A stretch of 64,000 bases of DNA from an uncultured delta proteobacterium. GTDB taxonomy: Bacteria > Myxococcota_A > Polyangia > Polyangiales > Polyangiaceae. Location of the stretch: assembly GCA_963850305.1 (NCBI GenBank), contig CAWKKR010000011.1, forward strand, positions 128,001 to 192,000, in the 5' to 3' direction. Position numbers and translations under genes: made by a program. Shown one piece after another: positions 1 through 9,609 of this stretch; position 1 is the first letter of the stretch, and each line of letters begins with the position of its first letter. The notes beneath the pieces were generated by a model. That model was given only the letters and a program-made list of their open reading frames with translations, made no database searches and was not told the DNA's origin.

Positions 1-842
1 GGCCCTTCCTCGAAGTGCGCGATCTGCTCGAAGCGCGCGGCGTGCGCGTCCCGGTCGTGGTCGCAGACGGTTCTGCAGACGGCTTCCTCGTCGTCGAAGA
101 TCTCGGCGACGACACACTCGCGCGCTACCTCGAGCGAACACCGGCTCGCCGCGAAGCGCTCTATCGCATGGCCGTCGCGGACCTCGCACGCGCTCAGCGC
201 AGCCTCACCACCCTCCCCCGCGGTTCGATCGTGACCGAGCGCGCCTTCGACTACGACCTGCTGCGCTGGGAGGTCGATCATTTCCGGGAATGGGCTCTCG
301 AAGCACGGGGCATCACCCTGGGCCCGGATGAACGTCGCACCTTCGATCGCGCGGCAGACGCCCTGGCAAGAACCATCGCGAGTCTCCCGCGTGGGTTCGT
401 GCATCGGGATTACCAGAGCCGGAACCTGATGGTCGTCCGGGATGGCGACGGCGAGAGACTGGTCTGGATCGACTTTCAGGACGCCCTTCTCGGACCGCGG
501 GTCTACGACCTCGTGGCACTCTTGAACGACAGCTATCAGACCTTCGACGATGCCTTCGTCGCCGCGCGCCTCGACGAATTCGCGGCGCACCACGCCCTCG
601 ACGCGCGGGGTCGCGCGGAGGTCGGCCGCGAGTTCGATCTCGTCACCGTGCAGCGCAAGCTCAAGGACGCAGGCCGTTTCGTCTTCATCGAGCACAAGAA
701 GGGGGACCCGAGCTACCTCAGGTTCGTCGAACCGACGATCGAGAAGGCGCGCCGAGCCCTCGAGCGCTTGCCCGACGAACCCTTGCTCCGGGAGCTCTCC
801 GATCTGCTCGGAGCGCTGATGACCCGCACGAAGATGGACTGA
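1..842 (+). CDS. Aminoglycoside phosphotransferase family kinase (AmgK-like anomeric MurNAc/GlcNAc kinase), 5'-partial
   Basis: Frame open from window start; EDLGD, HRDYQSRNLM, IDFQDA and YDLVALL motifs typical of AmgK/APH. Confidence 0.8.
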   Translation, partial: PFLEVRDLLEARGVRVPVVVADGSADGFLVVEDLGDDTLARYLERTPARREALYRMAVADLARAQRSLTTLPRGSIVTERAFDYDLLRWEVDHFREWALEARGITLGPDERRTFDRAADALARTIASLPRGFVHRDYQSRNLMVVRDGDGERLVWIDFQDALLGPRVYDLVALLNDSYQTFDDAFVAARLDEFAAHHALDARGRAEVGREFDLVTVQRKLKDAGRFVFIEHKKGDPSYLRFVEPTIEKARRALERLPDEPLLRELSDLLGALMTRTKMD

Positions 843-873
843 CCCCGGACATGGCGTGGGTCGAGCCCCAGGC

Positions 874-2082
874 TCACGGCGGCGGTCCGGTTTCGTCCCA
901 GACGCCGAGCCACTCACGGTGCCAGCCGGTGTCGCAGAAGAGAAGCCAGGAGCGCCTATCGACTCCCATTTTCCGTAACCTGCGGCGAGCGACGTCGATT
1001 CCCGCGTCGAAGCTCTCGAACGCGAGGAACAAGTACAGATAGCGCGCGCCGAGCCCCGCGCCGACCACGCAACCGAAGCGGCCGGGGACGAGGGCACGGT
1101 TCAGCGCATCCTCGAGCTTGAGCCCCAAGGCGTGACGCTCTTCGACCGTCCCGTGCTGGGCGTCAATCTTGGCGTACGCGAATCGCTCACCGTGTCTGGA
1201 GAAGCGCCGCGACGAGAAGCGAGCTCCTTGAAGGAAGGACTTCAGCGCCTCGGGGAGCATGGTGCTGAGGAGGGCGATGTCCTCCTGGGTGGGGTAGTCG
1301 GACGCCACGTTCGGGTCGAGCTCGAGCATCGTCCACCCGGCGCGCTCGCAGAAAGCATGATAGGGCGCCTCGGGGAGCGATGCGTCGACGCCGCGGACGG
1401 CGGCTTCCACCGCGGGGAATACCTCGGAAAGAACGAGCGTGGCGTCGTCGGGCCTCGCGCCGTCGGCGAGGACGCGGAGCGAGCCGCCGCGCGGGAGCGG
1501 AGCGACGTCGACCGCGCCGACCCAGTCGTCGAAGAGCTCGTCGCCGAGGAGGCGCGCCGAGATCAAATTCGCAGCAACCAACCCTTCTTCATCACTCGCG
1601 CTGCCGAAGCTCGGCGAATGGACGACGAGCTCCAGCAGATGCCCGCGGGAGAACCCGAGCCGCACGCGAGCGTTCGCGAGATCCTTGCCCGTTCTGGCGC
1701 GCACGTCCTCCACGGCCGCGGCGATGTCGAGGGGCGGTCGATGACGGACGAGCGTGACCCCTTCACGACGCGGCGCGCTCGCGATGACCTGAAGTGCGAG
1801 CGGCTCCAGTCCGTCTTCCTCTGGCGCGACGACGACCCGGCGTTCCCGCGCACCGACCGCATCGACCTCCACGCGCAGGTCGGGCGAAACACGAGCCAGC
1901 GCCGCGACGAGCGCACGCTCGAACGACGCCACATCAACGACGTCGGTCCGGGCGAGCGCGGCGTGGAAGCCTTCGAGCTCTGCGCTCGCCTTCTTGCGAG
2001 CCGCCCGTTCGGTATCCGCGGGCCCGGCGAACCGAATTCGCATGAGCGAGTCACGGTACCCGTCGATCGACGCAAACGTCAA
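874..2082 (-). CDS. Hypothetical protein (weak DUF695-like C-terminus)
   Basis: 402 aa ORF with normal codon use; TTG start overlaps rlpA stop. Confidence 0.6.
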   Translation of the reverse strand: MTFASIDGYRDSLMRIRFAGPADTERAARKKASAELEGFHAALARTDVVDVASFERALVAALARVSPDLRVEVDAVGARERRVVVAPEEDGLEPLALQVIASAPRREGVTLVRHRPPLDIAAAVEDVRARTGKDLANARVRLGFSRGHLLELVVHSPSFGSASDEEGLVAANLISARLLGDELFDDWVGAVDVAPLPRGGSLRVLADGARPDDATLVLSEVFPAVEAAVRGVDASLPEAPYHAFCERAGWTMLELDPNVASDYPTQEDIALLSTMLPEALKSFLQGARFSSRRFSRHGERFAYAKIDAQHGTVEERHALGLKLEDALNRALVPGRFGCVVGAGLGARYLYLFLAFESFDAGIDVARRRLRKMGVDRRSWLLFCDTGWHREWLGVWDETGPPP

Positions 2083-2597
2083 CGCGCCGACACGCGCCCT
2101 CTGCTCGATGTCGACCCGTTCTTCCGACGCTGACCGTACGCGAGCACGTCGAGGCGCACGTCCGCGATACCGGCGCGGATCATGTGCAGCGATGCGGCGG
2201 CCGCGCGCGAGAGATCGATGATACGACGCGACGATCCGTACGGGCCGCGGTCCGTGATGCGAACATACACGACGTCACCCGTCTTCGAGCGCGTGACGCG
2301 CACGACGCTTCCGAGAGCGAGGGTGCGGTGAGCGGCCGTGAACGCCGAGGGTTCGTAGCGCTCGCCGCTCGCGGTCCTGTGGCCTGCCAGCGAATCGCCG
2401 TAATAGCTGGCCTCGCCGTTCTCGACCTCGAGAGCGTCGCGCCCGCCGTATCGCGCGGCAAGCCCCGACTCGTCACGAGGAGTGCCGGGCGGCGATTCCC
2501 AGCGTCCGGCGCCATGCGGGGACGCGGCGGGCCGCGACGCGCCGCACGCGGTGACGAGCAAGAGAGCAGGGACGGGTACGAGCAGTAGCCGGGGCAC
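2079..2597 (-). CDS. rlpA: Septal ring lytic transglycosylase RlpA family lipoprotein
   Basis: Lipobox VTAC; GEASYYG, TASGERY, TAAHRTL, DRGPY, IIDLSRAAA (DPBB domain). Confidence 0.9.
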   Translation of the reverse strand: MPRLLLVPVPALLLVTACGASRPAASPHGAGRWESPPGTPRDESGLAARYGGRDALEVENGEASYYGDSLAGHRTASGERYEPSAFTAAHRTLALGSVVRVTRSKTGDVVYVRITDRGPYGSSRRIIDLSRAAAASLHMIRAGIADVRLDVLAYGQRRKNGSTSSRGRVSAR

Positions 2598-2725
2598 GGG
2601 ACATCAGTGCCAAGCGCGGGGGAAACGGGGCAAGAAATGCGCGGGCCGGGACGGAATCCGCCCGGGAGCACGGAACTCGTTTCCGGAGGACGGACGTTGT
2701 TTTACGGTCGCCCGAGGAGACCGCA

Positions 2726-3553
2726 ATGCCGAAGACGATGATTCTCACCGGGTGCGCGAGCGGGATCGGAAAGCAGATGGCGCGCGCCCTCTACCACGAC
2801 GGACACCGGCTGGTGTTCACGGACGTCAACCGGGGCGGGCTGGACGCGGCTGCCGAAGAATTTGGGTGGAGAGACCCGGCGCGCGTGGAGCTCGCCGCGC
2901 TCGACGTGCGCGACGCGGAGGCGTGGGAGAAGCTCGTGCGAAGGACCGCGGAGCGATTCGGCAAGCTCGACGTGCTGATGAACATCGCTGGCTACCTGAC
3001 GCCGACCTGGGCCAAGGACGCGACGCCGCGCGACATCGATCTCACGATCGACGTGAACGTGAAGGGGGTCATGCACGGGACGAACGCGGCGATCCGCGTG
3101 ATGATTCCACAAGGCTCCGGACACGTGGTGAACATAGCGTCGATCGCGGGACTGGTGCCGGTACCCGGGCTCGCGATTTACAGCGCCTCGAAGCACGCCG
3201 CGCGCGCCTACTCGATCGCGGTCGCGCAGGAAGTGCGCCCGCACGGCGTGTTCGTGACGGCGGTGTGTCCGACCGTCGTCGCGACACCCATGATGAACAT
3301 CCAGATCGATCGTGAAGAAGCCGCGTATACGTTCTCGGGCGGACGCCCGCTCACGGCCGAAGAAGTCGTGAATGCGGTGCTCGAGCGCGCGCTCGTGAAG
3401 AAGCCGCTCGAGCTCGTCCTGCCGGCACCGCGAACGGGGCAAGGGGTGGCGGCCAAGTTCGCGAATGCGTTTCCGGAAATCGGCATGCGGGTCGGCGCGC
3501 GCGTCGCGAAGCGCGGGCGCGCGGGCCAGAATAAGCTCAAGAAGGACCGATGA
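2726..3553 (+). CDS. SDR family oxidoreductase
   Basis: TGCASGIG, NIAG, YSASK motifs; GAGGAG SD. Confidence 0.9.
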   Translation: MPKTMILTGCASGIGKQMARALYHDGHRLVFTDVNRGGLDAAAEEFGWRDPARVELAALDVRDAEAWEKLVRRTAERFGKLDVLMNIAGYLTPTWAKDATPRDIDLTIDVNVKGVMHGTNAAIRVMIPQGSGHVVNIASIAGLVPVPGLAIYSASKHAARAYSIAVAQEVRPHGVFVTAVCPTVVATPMMNIQIDREEAAYTFSGGRPLTAEEVVNAVLERALVKKPLELVLPAPRTGQGVAAKFANAFPEIGMRVGARVAKRGRAGQNKLKKDR

Positions 3554-5567
3554 GCATCGAAGAAGAGACGGCCATCCGTCTCGTGCCGTCGGGCGTATCG
3601 CTCGGCGGCAGAGTCGTGCCATTTCACTCGGGAAGCGTTCACTATTTCGCGCTCTCGCGGAACGCGTGGAGGCCCGCCCTGGAATCCGTGAAGGCGCTCG
3701 GCGCCCGCTTCGTCGACACGGTGGTTCCGTGGGGTGTCCACGAAACGGCAAAGGGGGCCTTCGACTTCGGGGAGCGCGAGCCGCGCCGGGACGTCGCTCG
3801 TTTCCTGAAGCTCGCGAGCGAGCTCGAGCTCTTCGTGGTGATCCGTCCCGGACCCTGTGTCGACGCGGGGCTCGAGTTCGGCGGCATCCCGGAGCGCGTC
3901 GCGTGGGACGACGCTTGCCAGGCGCGCTCCGGGAGCGGCGCGCCGGTCCTGATACCGAAGCTGCCACGCGCTGAACCCGTTCCGAGTCCCGCAAGTCGAA
4001 CGTTCCACGACGAAGCGACGGTCTGGCTCCGCGCAGTCGCCCAGCGCCTCGGGTCACTCGTGTGGCCCCGGGGACCGATCGCGCTGCTCGGCCTGGACGC
4101 GCACGCGGACGGTTTCGCGATGGGCCCCTACGACCGGGATTATCACCCGGACGCGATCGAATCGATACCGGCGGTTTCTCCTCCGGCGCTACGAGACGGT
4201 CGGCGCGCTCCGGCGAAGTCACCGCGACGAGAGCGCGACGTTCGAAGCGGTCGAGCCGCCACGGCTCCTCGATACATCGGACCCTGATTCACTCGCGCCG
4301 CACCTCGACTGGAGCGAGTTTCACGAGGCGCTCGACGAGAGTGTGCTCTACCGACGACTCCGCACCTTGCGCGAGGGCGGATTCGCGCACCTCCCCGTTC
4401 TCAGCGGCCTCGCGGCGAACCTGGGCACGCGGCTGAACGACCCTTGCCGGCTCGAGCGGGTCGGGACGAGCTCGTGGCTCGAGATTCACTCTCCGAAGTC
4501 GAAGACCGAGCAGGCTCGGGTGAATCGACGGGTCACCGAGCTCTCGACGCGAGCCGAGGCGCGCGGCGTCGTGCCGATCGCCACGGTGGGCGCTGGATTC
4601 GCGGCGTTCTCGCGCTCGAGCTCCGAGGCCGACGACGAAAGGTCCGTCCTGACGGCGCTCGCGCACGGAGTCCGCGGCGTGAACGTCCGGATGGCGGTGG
4701 CGCGCGACGGGTGGGTCGGCGGCCCGGTGGATGCACACGGTCGGGCGCGGCGCTCCGCCACGTTTCTCACGCGCCTCTTCGCGGCGCTCGAACGCACACG
4801 CTTCGCCGAACTGCGACGATTCATCGCCGTGCGCATCATCGTGCCGGGAAACGTGGAGCGTCTGATGGCTCTGACGCGCGTCTTCGCGCCCATCGACAGC
4901 GTGCAGCTGGCGGATCGAGCCGGAGCCGGCTTCGACGCCGCACTCGAGGGCGAGCTCGATCCGACGAACGGCGCATTGCGCGAAACGGCAGAGTTCGTCA
5001 CCCGGCTCGCCGAGATCCTCGACGGGGCGGGTGTCGCGTATGCCGTCACCGGGACGGAATCTGGCCGCGCGCGCGGTGGAGAGCGCGAGCTGGACGGTCA
5101 TTGCTTGCGCCGGCGCGCTCGAGCCGCGCCTCGTCGCATCGCTCGGTGAACGGATGCTCGCCGGCGGTCGCATCAGCTTCGGACCGCGGGTGCCCGAGCG
5201 CGACGACCACTTCCGCGCCCCGGGCGTCCGATTGCCGTCGGTCGAACGGCCAGCAGTGCCGATTTGCTTACCCGCAGCGGGCGACGAGCTGGTGAGCACG
5301 GTCGAGGATGTCTTACGCACGCTCGACGCACCTCGACTCGTCGTGGAACCCTCGACCCTTCGAGCGTCGCTCCACGTCGCGGCGAACGGTCGCCCCGCGG
5401 CCCTGTTCGTGTGGAATTTCACCGATGAGCACGTTACGGGGCGGGTGCGTGTCTCCGGCGTGGCGTCCGCCGCTTGCGCGCTCACGAACGAGGCTTTTTC
5501 GGTCGCAAACGGCGCCATCCATGTGCCCCTCGACGCGGGGGAGATCAGGTTCCTTCTGCTCGAGTGA
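3550..5567 (+). pseudogene. GH35 beta-galactosidase-like protein, split by two frameshifts (~4160, ~5055)
   Basis: SGSVHYF, VPWGVHE, IRPGP and GGIP GH35 motifs; reading continues RYRRFLLRRYETVGAL... into 4343-5149, then 5031-5567. Confidence 0.7.
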
Positions 5568-5595
5568 CGCAACTAGTGCTAGGAGTGCGCCGTCC

Positions 5596-6201
5596 ATGCT
5601 GCTGGAAATCAACGCGACGACGCCGGAACCGCGGAAGATCCGGAAAGCGGTCGATGTACTGCAAGCCGGTCAGGTGATCGCATACCCGACCGACACGGTC
5701 TACGGTCTGGGCTGCGATCTGTTCGACAAGAAGGCCGTGGACAGGCTGTACCAGATCAAGGGGATGCCGCGGTCACACCAGCTGTCGTTCGTGTGCCGCG
5801 ATCTCGCCGAAGTGACGACCTATGCGGTCGTGCACGACCGCGAGTACCGGATCTTGAAACAATACCTGCCGGGTCCGTATTGCTTCATCCTCCATTCGAC
5901 GCGCGAGGTGCCCCGCGTGGTGCAGACGCCCCGGAAGCACGTCGGCATCCGGATCCCCCAGCACGCGGTAGCCCACGCGCTGGTCGCGGAGCTGGGCCAC
6001 CCCATCATCTCGAGCACCGCTGCCCGACCCGGCGCCGAACCCCACGTGGACCCCAACGAGATCGACGTCGACTTCGCGGGCCTCGCGCTCATCCTCGACG
6101 GCGGCCCCGGTGGGCTCCTTCCGACGACCGTCGTGGATTTGACGGGCGAAGAGCCCGTGATAATCCGCGAAGGTGCCGGCGACGCCTCCGACTTCCGCTA
6201 G
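5596..6201 (+). CDS. Sua5/YciO/YrdC family (threonylcarbamoyl-AMP synthase-like) protein
   Basis: IAYPTDTVYGLGC, LPGPY, VGIRIP, PTTVVDL motifs; AGGAG upstream. Confidence 0.9.
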   Translation: MLLEINATTPEPRKIRKAVDVLQAGQVIAYPTDTVYGLGCDLFDKKAVDRLYQIKGMPRSHQLSFVCRDLAEVTTYAVVHDREYRILKQYLPGPYCFILHSTREVPRVVQTPRKHVGIRIPQHAVAHALVAELGHPIISSTAARPGAEPHVDPNEIDVDFAGLALILDGGPGGLLPTTVVDLTGEEPVIIREGAGDASDFR

Positions 6202-6250
6202 CGGCACGGCTTGCTTCGAGCGCGGGGGCATCTGCGCGCTCTCGGTGCTC

Positions 6251-6268
6251 GCCGTACGTTCGTACGGC
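6251..6268. repeat. Perfect intergenic hairpin GCCGTACG-TT-CGTACGGC (REP/ERIC-like element core)
   Basis: Inverted repeat read directly between convergent genes. Confidence 0.45.
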
Positions 6269-6460
6269 TGCGCGCCTCACCCGCAAAGACTCAGTCCTTC
6301 TGACTCTCGACGTCGCGGCAGGGAGCTGCATCCGAGGGCACGCGCGACGCGACCTCGCGGGATGGACTCTCGTGCCGTGTCACGGCGACGTGGTGTCGAG
6401 CGGCGCGGCCGACGCGTTGCGAGGAGCCGCCGCGACGCTCTAGCGTGCGCTCTCGACCTC

Positions 6461-7237
6461 TCAGGTTTTCGGGGAGACCAGGTGCGCGTAGCGGCCGACG
6501 ACGCGATAGCCGAGGCGGCGATATACGGGTTCGCCTGCCTGGGTCGCCTGCAGGGTCACGACGGTCGCGCCTTGCTCGAACGCGGCGTTCGTCACGTAGC
6601 GCGTGACGGCAGTCGCTGCCCCGCGCCGGCGCGCGGCGGGCACGGTGCCCACCCAATAAACGCCACCCACACCGGTCACGCCGTTGGTGATCGCGAGCGC
6701 AGCAGCGGCCGGCGCGCCGCCGAGGTGCGCGACGGCAAGGACGGCGCTGGCGATGACCCTGTCGGCTCGGGCGAAATACGACGACGTGATCGCCGCGGGC
6801 AAGCCCGCCTCTGCGTAAGCGAGCTGCGAAACGAGGACGAACTCCTCGAGCTCGCGCGCGAGCGTGACGCGCGTGACGTCGATGTTCGAGGACGACTCCG
6901 GGATGGGTTCGTCGATCACCATTGCCGGTGTTTCGCCTATGGCGACGAAGCCGCGCGCCACCGCCACCTTTCCGAGCTCGTCGGTTCCGCCGCGTGTCCA
7001 CAGGACGTAGCGTCGATCGGGGAAGAATCCGCTCGCCGCGGCGAGCACGCGCTCCGCGTCCGGCTCGGGCACCGTCGGAAAGACGGCATTGGAGTACGGC
7101 ATCGGAAAGCGACTCTTCCCTTCGACGAACAGGGTGCCGTTCTCCTCGACGACCCGCGACGAGTCCTGCCACTCCGCCATCACCGACAGCGCGTCCACGA
7201 GCGAACCGTCGGAAGCCTCGATGTCATCGGTGGGCAT
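6461..7237 (-). CDS. GNAT family N-acetyltransferase
   Basis: VGTVPAARRRGAA acetyl-CoA loop and LQAT...YRRLGY motif. Confidence 0.85.
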   Translation of the reverse strand: MPTDDIEASDGSLVDALSVMAEWQDSSRVVEENGTLFVEGKSRFPMPYSNAVFPTVPEPDAERVLAAASGFFPDRRYVLWTRGGTDELGKVAVARGFVAIGETPAMVIDEPIPESSSNIDVTRVTLARELEEFVLVSQLAYAEAGLPAAITSSYFARADRVIASAVLAVAHLGGAPAAAALAITNGVTGVGGVYWVGTVPAARRRGAATAVTRYVTNAAFEQGATVVTLQATQAGEPVYRRLGYRVVGRYAHLVSPKT

Positions 7238-7322
7238 GGGGCGATCCTACTCCGGGAGATAGGTGAGTCTTCGAACATCCGGCGGCAACGAACCGGAAGG
7301 GCGGTATATGCTCGAAGCCGAG

Positions 7323-7997
7323 ATGGACGCCTACAAGCAAGAATTCATCGAGTTCATGGTGCGCTCGAACGTCCTCACGTTCGGCGATTTCGTCGCGAAG
7401 AGCGGGCGTAAGACGCCGTACTTCGTCAACACGGGGCGGTACCGTTCGGGCGCGCAGCTCGGGTTCCTGGCACGCGCGTACGCGAACGCAATCGAACGGA
7501 ACCTCGGTGCAAACTTCGACGTGCTCTTCGGGCCGGCTTACAAGGGCATTCCCCTCGTCGCGGCGACCTCGATGGAGTTTGCGGCGCGCGGGCGCGAGGT
7601 GGGTTTTTGCTTCAACCGGAAGGAAGCGAAGGACCACGGCGAAGGCGGGAGTCTCATCGGCTGGGACCTGAAGAAGGGCGACCGCGTCCTCATAGTGGAA
7701 GACGTGACGACCGCCGGAACGTCAATCCGCGAGACCGTGCCGCTCCTCCGCGGCGCGGCGGACGTTTCGCTCGCGGGTCTCGTCGTGGCCGTGGATCGAC
7801 AGGAGCGCGGTACGGGCGCTCTGAGCGCGCTCGCGGAGGTCAGCGAGACGTACGGCATGAAGACTTTTTCGATCGTGTCGATCGAAGAGATCGTCGCTCA
7901 TCTGACGGCGAACGATGTCGACGGCAAGCGAGTCATCACCGACGCGCTCCACGAGCGCATCGTCGCGTACCGCAAGGAATACGGCGCGCAGCTCTAG
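7323..7997 (+). CDS. pyrE: Orotate phosphoribosyltransferase
   Basis: KSGRKTPYF, FGPAYKGIP, RKEAKDHGEGG, IVEDVTTAGTS; start could be 7308. Confidence 0.95.
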   Translation: MDAYKQEFIEFMVRSNVLTFGDFVAKSGRKTPYFVNTGRYRSGAQLGFLARAYANAIERNLGANFDVLFGPAYKGIPLVAATSMEFAARGREVGFCFNRKEAKDHGEGGSLIGWDLKKGDRVLIVEDVTTAGTSIRETVPLLRGAADVSLAGLVVAVDRQERGTGALSALAEVSETYGMKTFSIVSIEEIVAHLTANDVDGKRVITDALHERIVAYRKEYGAQL

Positions 7998-8014
7998 TTG
8001 CTCGGCGTGCGACG

Positions 8015-9085
8015 CTACCTGGTCACGGCGAGCTGGGTTCGGATCGCGATCTGGACGGATAGCTTCTGGCCAGGAGGCTGGCCGGGCTGATTGTCACGCG
8101 GAACTATGGTCGCGCGGAGGATGTCGGCGACCTCGCCATGGACGGACGATGGATCCGACGCGCGCACCTCGATCTCGCCGGTCGCATTGCCGGTGAACTC
8201 CACGAGCTGGTGCGGAGGGAGCCCGGGAAATCCGATGTCGCCCCCGGCGACGAATCGCTTGGCACTGACGTCGATCGTCGCGGTGTCGCCGTCGATCTTG
8301 GACAGCTTCATCATGCGGTACACGACGACGTCGAGCCCGGCAAAGGGCTCGCGGCTCGTCACCATCCAGTAGGCACCTACACCGACGGGTTCGGCCGGAT
8401 ACGGCAGAAAAGCGAGCGCAAGAGCGTCGACTCCCGACCGCAGCACCTGCTTGAACGATTCATCCAGGTCCTTCGAGGGCACGACGGAGACGAGACGGCC
8501 GGCACCGTCGGGAGCGAGCTGAAAGTCGAGCTCGGTTCCCCTCGCCTTCGCCACTTGCTTGTCGAGCCCCGGCGGCAGCTCGCCCGGCTGATCCGCGCCG
8601 AGCTTCGCGACGGAGACCTTGCCGAGGAGCTCCAGCGGCCCCGGCGGAACGGCTGGCTTGTCCTCCGAGGGCTGCAGCCGGACGCCGAAATCGAGGGTCG
8701 GAAGCGCCGACCGCGGTCCGGTCTGGACGCTGACTTCGAGCTGAACGGTTCTCGCTGCCTTCGACGGCACGGACGAGAAGTGAACGGTGGGGCCGCTGCC
8801 CTTCGTTCCAGCCGACAGCTTGGGGAAAGCGCCGGCGCGCATTTCCTTGTCCGCGGCACCGGGCCCGAACACGCCGGTATCCGGGGGCCCTTGCTGCGCC
8901 GTTGCTTCGCCGTTTGCAACCGCTGCGACGGCTTCCGCGATGTTCCTGTCGACGCCCGCGTTCGGGGACGAACCCCCGTCGGCGTGAGTCGCGGGCTTCG
9001 ACTCTTCCGTCTCTTTATCGCAACCGAAAGCGGCCGCGAGACAGAGGACGAGCAGCTGAGCGTGGAGGGCGGGTGGCATCCGCAT
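8015..9085 (-). CDS. Hypothetical lipoprotein
   Basis: Lipobox AFGC after hydrophobic stretch; beta-rich body. Confidence 0.65.
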   Translation of the reverse strand: MRMPPALHAQLLVLCLAAAFGCDKETEESKPATHADGGSSPNAGVDRNIAEAVAAVANGEATAQQGPPDTGVFGPGAADKEMRAGAFPKLSAGTKGSGPTVHFSSVPSKAARTVQLEVSVQTGPRSALPTLDFGVRLQPSEDKPAVPPGPLELLGKVSVAKLGADQPGELPPGLDKQVAKARGTELDFQLAPDGAGRLVSVVPSKDLDESFKQVLRSGVDALALAFLPYPAEPVGVGAYWMVTSREPFAGLDVVVYRMMKLSKIDGDTATIDVSAKRFVAGGDIGFPGLPPHQLVEFTGNATGEIEVRASDPSSVHGEVADILRATIVPRDNQPGQPPGQKLSVQIAIRTQLAVTR

Positions 9086-9163
9086 GACGCGGGTAGTACT
9101 AAATGAGCCGCCGTGAATCGGCAACGCACCCTGACGGTTTCCGCTGAAGTTTTGCGGAACCGG

Positions 9164-9484
9164 TCAGATCCAGGGCTTGAGATCCTTCACGGCGTTGTCT
9201 TTGAGGACGAACTTCTTCGTGTCCTCGTGGCAGCTCGTGCACTTCACTTCTTTCCCCGCAGCTCGCGCCTTCTTGACCGCCTCCTTCATGACCCCCCGGG
9301 CGCCCTTTCTGCCGTTCTCCTTGCAGGCCTTCTCGACGACGGGATAGTGAAACTTCTTCGTCGTGCAAGCTTCGCCATCGGCGAACGCGACGGACGGAGC
9401 CAGGGCGGCCGCGGCACCGCCGGCAAGGACGGCGAGGGCGAGCATGAGAGTGGGAAGCGAGCGAGCCTTGTTCGACGTGGTCAA
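9164..9484 (-). CDS. Small secreted monohaem c-type cytochrome
   Basis: AAGGAG SD before TTG; signal peptide; CTSCH motif. Confidence 0.7.
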   Translation of the reverse strand: MTTSNKARSLPTLMLALAVLAGGAAAALAPSVAFADGEACTTKKFHYPVVEKACKENGRKGARGVMKEAVKKARAAGKEVKCTSCHEDTKKFVLKDNAVKDLKPWI

Positions 9485-9609
9485 GTGCAACTCCTTGGGG
9501 GTTCGGTCTCGGTTACGGTGAGAGGTGAACAATGCTTCCTTCGGACGCTATCGCAGAACGGACGACGGACGTCTCGAATGGCTCCGGTCCGCCATCGTAA
9601 CGCGAAGCG

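Noticed and set aside
2598..2615. Sigma54 promoter before rlpA (TTGGCAC)
   Set aside because: No GC at the -12 position and too close to the start codon
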